From Amphiscolops sp. MND2022 (taxonomy: Eukaryota), in contig OZ076409.1 in NCBI GenBank assembly GCA_964187785.1, positions 57,228,001 through 57,292,000 on the forward strand: a stretch of 64,000 nt of DNA. The letters are read 5' to 3'. This document shows positions 1 to 14,627 of this stretch, piece after piece. Under the pieces are notes generated by a model. That model ran no database searches and was not told where the DNA came from. It saw only the letters and a program-made list of their open reading frames with translations. Made by a program: the position numbers and the translations under genes. The first letter of the stretch is position 1. Every line of letters starts with the position of its first letter.

Positions 1-1890
1 ATCTGGTATATCCCAAGTTTGATCTACTTTGAGCTTCATAAATATATCTGTCAATGCTGCATTATGTCGCTCACAAACACCATTTGACCATGGGCTCTCG
101 GCAGCTGTCGTTTTATACGTATTCCATAATTCACGGCCGTTAATCGAAAATGCTGGTTGTCGAATTCACCTCCATTATCTGTTAGAGTACTTTGTGGTAC
201 ACCAAAATCGCATATCCATTCAAATATGAAAGATGCTTTTATTGTTCTCGGTGTTTTGTCATATATAATAGCTGCACGACTGTATCGGGAATATGAGTCG
301 ATAAAATGAATGTGATATACGCTCGGTTTTAATTGATGAGAATCCATTGCTACAACCGCATCAAACTCGGATGCTGGTGGCATCGATACTGCAGGTTTCG
401 GACGTCCAAACTTTGCGCATAGTTCGCACTTATGCACGATTTCTTGAATATCGTTACGCTTTGCTACGCCTCCGGCGTTTGTTATTAGTCTACATAAACG
501 ATCAACACCACAGTGTCGAAATTGTCGATGTAACTTAATCATATCTGTCTTGTCCAATTCATTCTTTGTAAATAGAACGTTTGCCAATTTTACCAGTGAA
601 ATATGTGAACCATCCTTTAATTCCAAAGTGTTCGTAGAAAAATTAATGATAAAGATTTGATACTGATCAGCAATGGTATATTTACCGGTACTATTTCTAC
701 CGATAAGAAACAGTTGAGATCTCCAATTATAGCAGGTATCTTGACATTTCGTCTACTGAAAACTTTCTCGCCATCGCCAAATATGATAGATGTCTTGTCT
801 GGTCTGCTTTCGTTAATTTTAGAACTCACTGACGATTTGAAAGCTTGGTACCACGCTTCTCCAGGGACCGTCATAGTACATCCGGTGTCGATTATTCCAA
901 TTTTCATGCACTCCTTGGTTACTGACTGGGGTATCGTAGCGAATGTTAAATAACCGCGCGGTTCTTCCTCTTCTTTTTTGTTTTCTGGATTTTCGGGACA
1001 GTCACGCTTCCAGTGATACCTTAATCCGCATATAGAAAATGTTGATATACCCACTGCTGTTGGTTGGGTTCGTGCCAGCTTTTTGTCTTATCATATTTCC
1101 TCTTTTGACGAAAGGACGTCCACGGGTCCCCCGTCCTCTACTACTCCAATAACAGTTTTTTCGATTTCTTCATTTTCAATTTGTTGAGACTCTGTAGTTG
1201 TCACGAATGCCGGTTCTGATTTTATTTTCGGTGCGTCTGGGATCACGCTGACTGCGCTACTTCCAAATATCCTTCTCTATGCCGTCTTGATCGGTTCGAA
1301 TTCCAATTTTGAAGTTGCAGAAAGCGCCATTTGTCGTTCTTTAACGTCGAGATTTGCGCAATATAATATCTTGCATGCCAATACTTCTTTCGGTAATTCT
1401 ATCCCCAATGAGGTTAATTGGTCATTCTTTCGTTCAAACTCTTGCAAATATTCCACCATGCTTTTAGTGCCTCTGTTGATCGATTCAAATTTCGAGTACG
1501 CCTCAAAAATTCTATCAGTTTCGTCTTGTCCAAATGACAATTTCAGTTTGTCTAGTAATGTTTTGAGGCCCTCATCTTTATTGAGATCTTCGGCTTCAAT
1601 TTCAAGTGCAATCTCGCGTTTTCCAGTCAGAGTAAGTGCTACTACTGACCCGCGTTTCTTTTTATCAGTTCTGTCATCAACTCCCATAAATCCATTTCAG
1701 ACTTGCATTTTTCGAATGATTTCCCATCTTCCCATAGTGGTGGTGTCTTCAAACTGCTACTTGACGCCATGTAATTCCTGCTACCATGAAAACAATTGAC
1801 CAGTGTTCAAATATATATTAAAACCCCACCACAGACATATACAAAACTGAAATGAAACACAATGAAATGTCACAGCACGTATGCGCAACA
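1..1890 (-). mobile_element. Ty1/Copia (GalEa-like) LTR retrotransposon, 5' part, decayed; runs off the left edge of the window
   Basis: Minus-strand order: gag (ATG 1770; ORF 1277-1687), zinc-knuckle remnant (CSICGLRYHWKRDC-like), protease (IIDTGC), then HHCC and integrase core (KLHRQFRH...CELC, TDNGGEF). Integrase directly after protease is the Copia order. PBS TGGTAGCAGGA (1776-1786) resembles the initiator tRNA-Met 3' end; putative short LTR TG..CA at about 1787-1890. Several frameshifts. Confidence 0.85.
51..1770 (-). pseudogene. gag-protease-integrase polyprotein of the Copia element, frameshifted
   Basis: ORF fragments 1277-1687, 617-1054 and 51-626 carry gag, DTG aspartic protease and rve integrase motifs in different frames. 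Confidence 0.8.
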
Positions 1891-4800
1891 CAGATGTTGG
1901 CTCCGAGACGCAAACCAATTGAAATCTGAAGCTGCTGATCATCAACTTTCAGTCCTATGTTCTTTCAAGGAGCGACGTTCAGCCATTGAGACCCGAACTT
2001 GCCTTGATGAGCGTTAAAAACTTTCGAACGTTTGTCATCCATTCTAGAAATCAAATCTTGGGCGGTTTTGACGTAGACAGGTTGTGTTCAATTTTTCTGA
2101 GTTCCATCGAGAGGACTTTCCTGTTAATTCGTCAAACTCAACCATTTCTCAAGCGCTTTTGTAAACGAAACATCTTCGAATGTTTCCGAGAAAATCGCCG
2201 TGAGAAAGTCACTCGCACCAAAAGCTGAGAACCAGAAAGGCGGGAAGTGCTAATAATGATGCGGATGAAACCCCAAGACCACCCATTTCAGCGGGCAGAG
2301 CCAGCTGAGTACTCGAAATATCGTCGAAAAAAACTCCGTAGAAACTCCTCTAGCATCCATTGTCCATGTCGTTGGATGATTTTACTCGCTTCGCGCTCTC
2401 TGTTGTTCCTTGTTGCTAACGATGCTAATGTCGTTAATGCTGCCCTTTCTTAGTTTTAAGAAACTACTTGCAGTTTTGTATTTCAACGTGTAAGAAACAA
2501 TCTACCCTTTGACCATTGCTGATGAAGCTGACTTTTGACTTGAAAGCTCACTCAACTTTCCTCAGTTTCGTTCAGGGTTTGAAGATATAAAATTTTGTCA
2601 GTGTAGGGTGTCAGGTAGAACCAGCCAATGCTGTCGGTTTTTCATATCAGCGTATGAGAGTGGAAGTTGAAATTAAATTTTTGAATGCTGCGATTTGTCC
2701 TGTTTTCCCTTTTGACTGAAAACTAAACCCAATCAGCTACCTCACAGAGATCGGTTTTCTAGAACCTATGTACAGCCAGCCGAAATGGCTAAAAAGGATC
2801 AATGAAGCGCTTTCATACACACTGCTTCTTATTGCAAAACTTTTGAAGAATCTTTTAATGCAATCTTATTGTCAAGTGTCTGAATAAGACAACGGAGGTA
2901 ATGGTAAAAATTTTTTCGATTTGATCAATCATCTTGTTACATTTTGCATCTGAAACGCATTTACAAAAGATGACAAAGGAAAAATACATAGAACATCTAA
3001 AAACGAATAGAAAAAAGTGATGATTGGCATCATCAAGCTAAATAGCGCCACTCTAGGAGTTTTAGGGCCTATCAGAATAGGGCCTGTGTGGCTCAAAGAC
3101 AGCTGCTTCCGCCGAATAAACACTGCCTCCATTGCAAGTAATAGCAGGTGGGATTACAGTCCAAGAATCTTGACATTATCCATAGTAACGTCGACTCCTC
3201 GGTTGCAAGATGTGAAATCTCCGATTGGAGTTCCTTTGCATCGATGCTCGCGAATTAGGGTGCCAAGTAATGCCAACTTCGACTCGAACGATATCCAGAT
3301 TGTTCCCGGACCCATATAGCTTGGTTCGATGATGGGCCCAAGTAGCATGCAACATATTCGGAGGAAAGATCACCAACGAATATCAGTATCAAGTCGAAAA
3401 GCTAGCTGTTCACGCCAAAACGTCAACGCAAAACGTATACCACGCTTTCACATTACGTGTGCGGAACAAACTTTCTGGTTCTTCGTGAAGCTGGAAAATC
3501 ACTTCGGTTCGATTCTTAGATTGGGTTGACAACGTTTAGGAATTTAGGTCTTAGTTTTTGGTGAGGTGATTTCAGGGATAGTTAGTTGAGCAAGAAAACG
3601 ACTGACTTTCAGAGATATGAACCAAAAACTAAGGGAAAATCAATAATATCAAACATGCTACAACGCAGATTTACATTTCCATTCATAAACATGAAAATGC
3701 TCACGTAAGCACTATACAACGAAATTTTGTTGAATTACTTTTCGAAACACAACATGACAATTATTGAATACACATAAAAATCAACAAATTATAGCAGCAG
3801 AAACATTTACAAAACACGTGTACCAGGTCACGTATTTAAAATAATCAGCGAAGAAAAGCGAACTCGTGAAAAATAGGGCTTTTTGTGACCAAATCAAAAT
3901 GGCGGAGTATGAGGGAATATGAAGGAAAAAGCTCATTAGCTGGATAGTTCTCATCTATTCCAAGTGCACTGCTGTGGTTTGAACAGTTGCAGTTGCGTTT
4001 GATTAAAGTGTTGCTTCGATAGTGGATCCCTGTAGATTAGAAAAGATGTACTTCGCAAAAGGTATCGTAGATCGAAATCATTAGAACAGTGCACTTCATG
4101 TTTTCTGTGTTGTTGTTTTGTTCTGTTCGTTTCTATCCTCTATCTGCGTTGCATTATGGTCACTAAATTTCGGACGTTTTCATCCAAGTCTTGTCTGAGG
4201 CTTCCTTCCAAAAGCAAGTCAGCTCACGTTGACTATAGAGAACAGGAAAGATGGGAGAATCATTGGTTCGGGGACTGGGTAACGCGAGAGGAGGAAGAAG
4301 ATGCTAGAGCTTACGACAAATTGTGAATTCCGCCGAGAAAGTTGGGTTGGGCGCGAAATAAAGTTCTTCGGTCAACGGAAGAAAGGCACGCATGGTTGGC
4401 ATGCCCATCCTCACCGTAAGCGGTTGACTGTCCAGCGCAAGCTTCAAGCCAGAGAAATGAACAGGCAGTATTGTCCGTTCGGCAAGAGGCTTGGAGACGG
4501 GATGCGGCTTCACAGCATCGGAGGCTGTTTCTGGAAGCACGTCCAGATTTGAAGCCTTCATGGAGGGTAGTAGACTATGATGAGCCGTTGTCAGAGGTCA
4601 AGAAGAAAATGGAATTGGAGAAGCTGGTCCAAGAGGAGCTGCAAGCAGAAGTGGCTCAGGGTGCTAATAGCTCATACTAGTGCCTTCTTGTACTTGTGGT
4701 TACCCTCTTCTTCTCTTGACGTTTCTTTTTTTGTTTTTGTTCACTCTCGTTTCACGAGCAACACCTGACATTGCACCATTCCTGCAAGAGAAAAACAATA

Positions 4801-5649
4801 TCGTAAAAATTATCTGCTTTTATTAGCAAGACTGCTTACACTGAACAGCAGTGACTTTCTTTGAATATTCCGTCATGTGTCGCGCTCTATACTGTGCGAA
4901 AGTTTGATTAACCCGCCTATGACACCTATATATAAGTTTCCAAGAGACGTCTGCAGCGATGTCTAAATCGACTCGAAACTTTGGCCGTTAGAAGGCGAAA
5001 CCATCGGTAATGAATCAACGAGCACTGAAGATGATTTCCGGTTAGAGAATAATAAAAGTAAACGGACTCCTTGACTCGAGTTTCTGTTGAACCCTTTTCG
5101 ATGAAAAAACCAACCCAAATCCAAAAATCATACAAACAACGAAGCTTTACAGGAACGAAAGTACGCGCGGATCCTATGCTCCAAAAATCATTAAGGCTTG
5201 CGCTCAAACTCAGCGAGAAACCCCTCCCCCCGAGCCATACGCTGGTGTTATAGCATTCATCAGGACTAAGCTTAGCTTCGCTCTTTTGGGGAGTTTGATT
5301 CTGTGTATTACGGGTTGTAGATCTTTGAAACGCCATATCACTAAGCCCGAGTAGTCTTTGAGCGCAATTTTTATCGAAAGGGATTCAAGTTCTCAATAAT
5401 TCGATGATGAGAAACCTAGTTGCGATACTTTATTTACAGAGAAGCGTTTACTTTGCGATTCGTTTTGTTTTTATTGGGCGCATTTTAACAAAATGGGCCC
5501 GACTATTACAAAGGCAAGTTTTTTTCGTCAGATAATGTATGCGTAGTGGACATTTTATACAGATTTACTAAACTACTGGACCGGCAAACAGAAAAGCATG
5601 TAAGTTAGTGCAAAGGGTCCCCCTTTCATTTACTCCCTTTTTAACGTAA

Positions 5650-5955
5650 GATACAAAACCGGACGAGACTAAAGGGTCCCCCTTTGAGTTTTTTTCGGCA
5701 CTGCGGCTTTTTTCGATTTTTTTTTGTCGCCAAAGTGTCCTCTTTCAAGTTTTTTTGAAATTTTGCACCAAACTGAATTTTCAAAAAGACCAAGGGGTCT
5801 CCACTTTCAAGTTTTTCGGCTCCATGAGACTCGAAATTCTATTTTTTCCTTTTTTAAAATATTTTTTCGAATTTTCTTGAATGTCTCCAAAGGATCCCCC
5901 GTCATTTTTGAGCCTTAGATATATAGCGCCGACTTTAGACGTTCTCGTCTTGTTC
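5650..5955 (+). mobile_element. 5'-truncated copy of the dominant HINE/DINE-1-like repeat family
   Basis: AAAGGGTCCCC core units and the family 3' end GAGCCTTAGATAT..GCGCCGACTT..CTTGTT. Confidence 0.6.
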
Positions 5956-6647
5956 TTAATTAGCCTTCCACTTGCCGAGGCTTCCTGATTCATCTATGGG
6001 ACCATCACTGGCCCTTCAAGGAGGCTCTGCAGCTTGCAGCGTATCGACACCATCCGTCTATTTGCTTACAAAGCCCTTTAAACACTCGCTACATGGCTAG
6101 TGTTGCCTCTCTCACACACATCTTTAATCTTTAAATCATCGCCCCTTTTTGTTTTGATGCGCACGGTCCATTTTAAACTTTAAAAGACCAAATGCACTGA
6201 GTTTTCATGAAAACAATCATCTAGCATAAAGTTGATGAAAGTGTTTACGCCCAAGGGTCCTCCCGTTTTTCCTCAGCACCGTGAGCTTGAGAATTGTTAC
6301 TGAAACAGTTCCTTAAGCACTTCGCGCTGTTAGAAAAGGATTGTGCTCTTGCTCTTTGAATTCCTCGCGTTTTCATGTTTGTTTGTATCTTACTACTTGT
6401 GATGATAATTGTTGTGAAAAATTATTATGTGAAATCAACTTTTCCGAACTAAACTTTTTGAATTTTGTGGTTATAAAGTGCACACCATTGTAGTAAATAA
6501 CAGATTGAGAAAAGTGAGTCTATTTTGGCATTTCGATTGGAATCTGGGAATTATCAGCTTTCAGTTTTTAAATTGAAGATTTAAATGATGCTCCTTCAAG
6601 CCACTGTTTCGTTGCACACAAAAATCGATTGTCGAGCGATCATTCGT

Positions 6648-9600
6648 TCATTCTGTAGCTTCTCTGTAGAATACGAACTCGTTGTAATGCAACCATCTGG
6701 CTTCTTCGGTGTCAGCTTCTTGACCAGCTCCAGTTCCCGTGTTGTTGGCAGGGGTAGCACACGCACTGGTTAGCGAGAATCCCGCCTGAAACCATAATTC
6801 ATTTTTTAGTCGGCGCTTCATGAAGTGAAACGCGACTATTATAGTGACTCTATTTTTCCTATCCACACGAACTGACCGAAATAGTTCTAAAAAAATCTAC
6901 AGAATATTATTGCACCATTTGGCCTAGCGAACTGAACCAAAAAGGTTTTTCCTGTTTTTCCACGTAAGCGGGCCCCGGCGCGCCACTCGGTCTATTTTTG
7001 GTTTTTGGATTTTCGAATGCTGTAAATTGACACATGGAAGTCCTTTTGCTATTTTTGAGCCTTGGACATGGCGCCGACTTGGGCCGGTCCCGGCTTGTTC
7101 GATATTCTCTTAACAAAGTGGCAAAGGGTTGATGTGTAATTGAAACAAGTTGGGTTATTAGTTTTCACCTTGCACAACACTACTATAAGCGCAAAACGGA
7201 AGCCTTCGGGGGCAAAAACAAATTGTTCTTATTTGAACCTATGGAGCTGCGAACTCACGTCTAAAAGCATGTCGAACGCCTGTTCGAGAAAATTGTGTTT
7301 GAGGAAGAAGCGACTAGTGTATCTGTCTCCTTGACCTCGATCAGGATCTCTGGACTCGTTCAAAGTCTCCTTAAATGCCTCACGACACAAACTGACTTTA
7401 CCGCACACAATAATTCGCATGAGTTTTCTGAACTGCACATCTGCTAATCCGTCCCGACCAAAGGCGAAAGTGCCCCTGTACCCTACTGTTATGTAACCCC
7501 CTCCATTGTTGTTTTGTGAACTGTTTTGGGCGGCGGAGGACTCAATTTGCGACTGGTATTTGGTTCCCATGGCTGCTCGTGACACCTGAAATAACCAACA
7601 TTGTTTCCACTAGTTTGTTTACTTGAAGGCATTGGTTTATTACTACTGACTGAACAGTAATTATGCCGCAAGTTCTTCGACCGGAAAAAGTTTATTTATT
7701 GATGGCTTTCTTGGAAATATTAACATAATCTTTTTATAGGTCATTGGAACTGTAAATTGAAAGACACCTGAGATCACTCCAAGTTGCAAGGTAGGCAATG
7801 AAATAAATTAATGCTAGCTTTTGTTTTCACAACATTTTTGCTATGCAGATTTTTGGCCATTTGACCGGACAAGTTATTAACATTTTGAAAATTGATCTAT
7901 TCACTAGCTGTCGGCAATGATATGTTTATTTCCCAGAATGGCTGATTTGGTCTCAGTTTCTTTCGAATTTGAGTTGGAAGCATGATTTCTTTGGGGCACT
8001 CCATTGATACGTACCTTAGCATTGTCAACTTGGGCCTTGTTGGTATTCCCCCCTACAGTATCCTTGTCTTTACTGGCCCCCCTAGATTTGCGCACACTTT
8101 CGACCAGGCCCGGCAGTCTGTAGTACTCTGCCTCTACCTGGAGTCGGTCCTTTTCAGAGAAGTCTTCGGGTAGTACCAGCTTTGTGTTGCGCAAGTAATC
8201 GAGAATGTAGCGAAACAGGTGACCGTCTCTGTCGAGGAAGTAGCGACCTCTCGTGTCCCTCAGAGGGGGAGTCTTGCTCTTGCCAGAGAAGATGATGCCT
8301 AGTAGTGAAGTTGTGTCTCTTGTCAGAGTTGACAGGGCTGTTGTGTACACCTGAAGTCATGTGATTTGATCTTTATCATGAAGTGACGTGTAAGTTTTCG
8401 ATGGCTGATCTTCATAGTGTTTCACTTTATAATATCAGTCGGTACATGGGCTGTAAGAATTAGGAAATTTCAATTTTCACGAATTTCCACACTGGAACGA
8501 GGTCCCCGTGAATAAGAGGTGTCTATTCGTTCGACAAATGCCTATACAAATTTGATTTATGCATAGCTTGAAAGAATTCCTTGGTTTTCTTATCTTTGCT
8601 TGAACACTGACACTGCATTTTACATTATTATAGTTTTTCACAAATGGATATGGAATCTCCTATGACTACGCATGAAATATTCATCCTGTTTCCCCATGCT
8701 TGTTTTTTTGTAAGACTCGGAAACCGCTTTTTCCTTAACTCGAAACAACATAAATTTTTAGAATCTTTTCTTTTTGAAAGGTTGTGAAGTGCCGAAAAAC
8801 CAAAAGCAGACCCTTCGAGTTCGCAAAACTTTTTCGAAAGTGAGGGCGGTACCCTTTGATGAAATGCAATTTTTTGGAGAAAGACGCACAATGCCGAGAA
8901 ATAGGTTTTTTCCCACAATAAATGACAAAACTTCCATCAGTGCCACATAACCAAAAAATGACCACAGAGGTCACCCTTAAGACTCGGAAAACGGTTTTCA
9001 TTAACAGAAAATCTCAACAAAAGTTGTGAAAAATTTAAAATTTCTTCGATAAGTCGCGTAGCGCCGGAAAACACCAAAGGGTTTTCCTCTACCTTTGCAA
9101 GCGTTAAAAATTAGTTTAGTGTGGAACTTGAATAAACGTACTATGCTTCTCAAGCACCGTCACCAAGCCTGAAAATTTGTATTTACCGTTAGGGAAAATT
9201 CATAAGTGGATGCTTCAGAATGACTGACGAAAAAAAACTTGCCACTGAGATTCTTGTACTTTTTACTAGTAAAAGGCGCCGACTAAAAAGGTGACCACAT
9301 TGCAGAGCCTATGTATTTGAATAATGAAAGAATTGCGCAGTTGATTGCTTTGAGCTATCCGAATAATATAGTCCTTGTTAACCCTAAACGACCCGGGCGT
9401 TTTTGCAATTTTTCAAAAAACTGGATTAAAAAATTTAAGTTATCAAGTCTCCACAACTACGCGTACCAGAGAAACGAACTATAGCGCGTTTGAAAGTTCT
9501 AGTATTGGGCTTTCATTTTGGTCAGACGAGCCCCTGTCGCCGCGCGCCCCCTCATTCAGAATTTTAGTTTCTTTTTCCGGTATCGCCGCTTCGCAGTGGT

Positions 9601-10434
9601 AACGGGGGCTTGTAGTAACATAATATTATTGGGATTTGTTGCGTAAGAACTTGTTGTGCAAGTGTATGGGGTTGGTTTTTGCTATGGGACGAGATTTTTG
9701 AGAAAACTGGATTTCGCCAAAAACTCAAATTTAGAAAAAAATAACTTCTCAGTTTTGGAGACATATTCACTTTTCCTAATTCCTGTGCCATTCAAACCCA
9801 TCCAGGTACCAAAGAATTGTTGAAAAAAACTGTGCTATAGAATATGGACTGCTGGCAAAACGGATTAGAAATTGAAAAAAGGTATGTGACTAAAGTACCA
9901 CTGGGTTGTTTAGGGTTGAAAACATACTATTTTTTGGTTTTTTGTTTCATTTTCTTTCCGGCCTTACAATTAATATTGGTGATATTTGCTCACCATCTGC
10001 ATGTTCTTGTGGCTGCCAACGTCATTTTGACTTCATTTCAGCGAAGAAAGGTATCTAATAAAAAGTGGATGTTGTTATTGCAACATCAATTTGTCACAAA
10101 TTTTTACGTGATTTTCATTTCTCTCCATAATCATCTATTGACGCTCTTTTAAGGCTCCTTGGTTTTTTTCTGACTAATTGGCACTCTTTTGCTGAGCAAT
10201 TTGAATGGGTTCTAAAGAATATACCTCTGAAAGGTACTTAAAGAATGCAAGAAGACTAACTTGACCTCCCACATTTAACTCCACCACTGAGGGAAACTGA
10301 GCCCCCGATATCTCGCCAGTGTCGTCTTCGGTATCATTAGTGCCTGACCCACCGGTTGCATTTGCCTTTAATTGTTCCTCGGTTGAAGATGAAGTAGCGG
10401 AGTCCCCTTTATCTTTGTCCTGCCCAAGAGACAT
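6648..10434 (-). CDS. KCTD16: BTB/POZ protein of the KCTD8/12/16 subfamily, 4 coding exons, about 324 aa
   Basis: join(10434-10261, 8350-8015, 7585-7259, 6785-6648), all phase-0 GT..AG introns. BTB motifs VVELNVGGQVYTT and RYFLDRDGHLFRYILDYLR; H1 domain GYITVGYRG...FRKLMRIIVCG...TLNESRDPDR...YTSRFFLKH..LEQAFD; C-terminal HYNEFVFYRE. Exact paralog cannot be resolved. Confidence 0.9.
6802..7099 (+). mobile_element. Non-autonomous Helentron-derived element (HINE/DINE-1-like) in KCTD intron 3
   Basis: Starts with a T-tract and AGTCGGCGC; ends GCGCCGACTTGGGCCGGTCCCGGCTTGTT. Subterminal inverted repeats, 3' palindrome and TT ends match DINE-1/HINE architecture. More than 10 related copies in the window. 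Confidence 0.7.
8700..9289 (-). mobile_element. Diverged HINE-family copy in KCTD intron 1
   Basis: GGCGCCGACTAAAAA terminus ending at 9289 plus degenerate core units. Confidence 0.5.
9382..9915. mobile_element. piggyBac-type MITE
   Basis: TIRs CCCTAAACGACCCG / CTGGGTTGTTTAGGG; flanks TTAA (9378-9381) and TTGA (9916-9919, mutated TTAA). Confidence 0.65.
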
Positions 10435-13400
10435 GGTCGTCGTTCTTCACTTGCTCCTCTTAACTAAGAACGTCTTGAATAAGTGGGGAATGATTTGACG
10501 ATCAATAAGCACGGGGCGGGTTTATGTTCACGCTGACAGTGACCCTTTTTTAATCGGAGGTAATTTTAATTTGGCACTTTTCATTCCAAAGAATATATGG
10601 TATCGAAATATATTTTGCTTCTCTTAATGAAGCTCAGTGAAATTATTTGTTTTTGTGATGTGAAATAGGTTTCGTAGACAACGTTTGATGTGTCTTGTTG
10701 ACTGCTTTGTTGCAACGTGCGTTATTTATTGAATTTTTTTTGTGTTTTTGTTTATTATTTCTCTTTCTTCAGTTCAGTAATGCTTCAAATAGACCCGGCT
10801 CTGTCTGTATCAGCTACAGCAACTGCTGCTGCTGCTGCTGCTTGGAGAAGAAGAAGAGGTAAATTTGGTGCCAAGTTGGAATTTCACTTTTATGTGTTTC
10901 TTATCTCATCCAAGCTGCCGTTTTGGTTTGAAGTAAGTGAAGTATGACACAGCTATAAAGGCTTGTGCTACATAGAGGCGTCATAAATTTGTGCTTCCAT
11001 GGCCGGCCGAGCCGCTTGGAAAATTGCCAGCCGATTGATGCTAGACTCTACTTCTAATGCCTCTGCGCCGCGCAGATATGACGTACCATAACAGCCATGT
11101 TAGTTCGCTTGTGCCTCTGATATACATACAACAATGTGTGTTATTCTTTTCTCTCTATCTTGGCCGCCGAGGAAAAATTGAAAAATATTGAAAAAAAACG
11201 GTGGAAAAAAAGCACCAATCAAACAAAAAACAGTGGCTGCGTTTGGTGATTGTAGGAATGAAGTAGGTTGATGTTATGTACAGTGAAGATACAAAAGGAC
11301 TTGATTGATCGAGTTGAATAACACTGAAAAGATAGAACACAGGCAACCAAGTGAGATACTTGTTGTAGTACGTCCTTAAGGCTAGGATAAATCAAGGCAT
11401 ACTTGCTCTCAGTTATTGCTGAGACCAGCACAATCAAGAGGACAAGACATGGTGGGTGTGATACATAGAGAATAATCAAATTATCCCATCCCCTCTTTAT
11501 TTTTTCCCTACGGGATCTCTAGTGATGTAACTTCCCCCAAAAAACAATACTTTTTTCTTCTGGGATTAATAACCTGCTGTGTTTTCCCAGTTTTTATTCG
11601 TAACACTGACCACTGGCTAATAAGTTCGCTAATGGTTAAATTGCTTTTTCCATTATCATTTGCTTTAGCTAATGATGAAGTCTTTAGACAGGTTCTGTTT
11701 TCATGATTTATTGGTTCTTTCATTCAAAATGTTGTAATTTGCTTAAATATTCACACCGTATCGAGTCAATTTGTCGTCATTTTGGACTACAGTATGTATT
11801 ATAATTGTGGAAAATTCTGGCCATGTCCTTGAGCACCGGAAAATGTTTGATCAAAATTTATCACGAAATATCACTTCCACCTCCCCAAATTAAAGATTCG
11901 TGGAAAATCTTAAATTATTTTCCCAGTGCCCTTATTTTCGAAGCAGAGCATAGTAAGATGTCCGTATTCTAGCGAAGGTCAGCAAGACCCTGAAAAGTTT
12001 TTTCTAGTTTTCCGGAACTCTGAAGGCATATTGCTCACCTTCAGGGGATATGTATGTGATAGTTAGTTTTCAGTGTACGTAGAAATTATCAAATCTAGAG
12101 CTAAAGGGAGATGATAAGAATGAATTTTCCGATGGGTTATCATCTTGAACGCCTGTTCAACAACGTATCTAATGAAAATATTGGAATGAAAATTTGAAAC
12201 TCTTGTGAAATGAATGGAAAACGTCAGACTACTTGGAACACTGATCTAACAGGTATGTCGTATAGCGAATAATAATATTAAGGATTGACATCTGATTCTG
12301 CCTTGTGAGGCCGATCTGTCACAGTGTGGCAGCGCATTATGCTAATTTCAATTTTGAAGCTAGATTTTTATGACCTAACTTTGGTTTTTCGACTGGAAAT
12401 TTCTATGGATTAGTGGTATTATATGCGTTAAATCTCACTTCTGTGCTCGAATTCTGGCTTTTCTACTTGTTCTGAGGAAAAATGCTTTTTGCTTTGACAA
12501 AGTCCTGAAATTCTATCGGTAATCTACACGAAGCAGTGTTTTGAAGTAGAAAAGGGGTGAACCTCGATGTATGGGAGTATATAAATGTATTTATTGGTAT
12601 TGTATATTTATATTATGCAATATATTTGCATAAAAAAACAGACGGTGTTGTATTAACTGGAAGTGCAAAATTTTTGTATTACTTCAAATCCAGAGTAGAG
12701 GTCGGTGATGTGAATATTGTGGAGAACTGTTCCTCGGGTTTTGTTTCAGTAATAATACCCACAAAAGGCCTTAAAACTGCGAAAGAGGCTGGTGTAAAAT
12801 TTGTAGAATGGAATGAATTTTTGGTAAGTCAAATGGCTGTTCCTCACATAATTGCTTGTGACGTAACTGCGAAATTAAATAAATCATGCCTTGTAGACTA
12901 TTCACATTGTAAATTTAGTTTGGAGGATGCTTTTATCTGCGATTAGATCCGCTGATGCCAGCTCTGGTATAATAACTCCTTGGGGGCAACTACAGAATTG
13001 TTGAGAAGATGCACTGGGCGTACTATGAATTAATCAGCAAAAGGCTTCCGCCACCGCCAAGAATTTCACCCCCACTGCTAATATAACTTGACCCGATTTG
13101 TAGCAACTTTTATTGCCCAATTTGAAACCAGCAGTCAACCCGACAAAGATTAGAGCCCACTGTATACTGTACCTTCATCAGTAAAAATGAAAGCAAGCGC
13201 GCGGTGGGGCTTTTTCTGTGCAAAAGGAAGCAATTTTTGCTAATTCCGGATTTGCGAATTCAGTAATTGAACGTTTATCGAATTTTCCTCTGACTCAGTT
13301 CTTACAAAGCGCGTGTGTGTTATATCTTTAAGACTTTGTGGGAAATTTTCTGTGGTAACTTGGGCACATCGATCTCTGAAAAACGGCGTTGCTTGGACGT

Positions 13401-14627
13401 GATTTGTCTGCTGAAATTGAAGTAGTCCTTGGTTGACGTGTTAGATTAGAAAATATAGAGGTTAAGCGGCGTTGAGCTAAAGGTTCTGTTGACTGCAATG
13501 CACAAACAACAGAAAAGCTTCAATGGCGCATAATCAGCTTGCATTGGCTAGGAATTGAAATAAATTCCAAACAGCGAATTCGATCCAATGAAAGACTCCT
13601 AATCCGAAAAATCCAAAATCCATAAATTTGCATTTTCTCTAAAACTTACAGCAAAGCAATTTTTCTCTGGGGATGTTTTCATTTTTGTTGCTCTTTTTCA
13701 AAAAACGCCACTTTCACGTAATTGCTCTTCAAAGGGTTTGTATGCTTGAAATATGAATTTTTTAAAAAATGTGAAAAGATTATCTTGCCGCTGGTGCTTT
13801 TTTGTTGGTCTGGCGGTTGGCAAGAAAAGACAGGAGCGAGAAACGACGAAGTGAAAAAGGTGTATGTGGTGCCTGCGTGCGTTGACCCTTTTTAAGGATT
13901 TTCAAGCTGGAAATTAGAATTCTAAGCCCGCTGGAATTTCGGCGCTTCAATGTAAGTGTGGGGCTTGATTGACGTACAGTTCGCAATAGGGGACGGGGTT
14001 CGTAATAGGTGACAGACAAAGGTGGGAGAGATACGCCACCGTTCAGAGGTTTCCACAACGGCTGAAGCAGCTAGTAATTAGTTAGGAAAGCATCGATGCA
14101 GGCAGTTTACATTATCCTTTACTTACGTTGCCTTTTCCAAGTTTTGTTGATGAAAAATGAAATGCTCGAACTTGATATGCAGTCGAAACCTTTGAGGATT
14201 ACTGCCAGCTCCAATTAGTAACACTTTCAATTCAGTTGGTATTGGATATGTGAAGGTAGATGGTGTGCGAATTACACCAAAAATGTCAATTAAATTTTTC
14301 CACTGCAGCGATCCATGTTTAATTCCTAAAAAAGAAAGATATTGCAAAGAGGGGTTGTTTCAACGGGAAAATGTAATAGCAACGACAAATGATTTGCCAC
14401 ATTGCCGTTGCTAAGCTTCATGGAATGATTCAAATGATTTAGGGAGTCATTTTCTTACCAATAATCGTCTTATCGACTGTAAAGCTGATACTTTTTTGTA
14501 ATTTGTAGCATTTCACGAATCGAAGAAAATCTCTTTCCGGAAATCACATCATATGACCTCTCAGTCCCATTAGATAGTCTTTTGTGTGAATTTGAGCTCT
14601 TTCAATTTTTGTTCACAATTGAACTGT

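Noticed and set aside
4244..4680. Purine-rich coding-looking stretch (…EARPDLKPSWRVVDYDEPL…)
   Set aside because: In-frame stops, no clear splice model and no recognisable family; possibly a decayed gene but unsupported.
10821..10842. (CTG)n tract encoding poly-Ala in a short ORF
   Set aside because: Simple microsatellite upstream of the KCTD gene with no coding support.
12557..12946. 129-aa ORF with hydrophobic N-terminus
   Set aside because: GTG start, no motifs and no splice context; probably a chance ORF.
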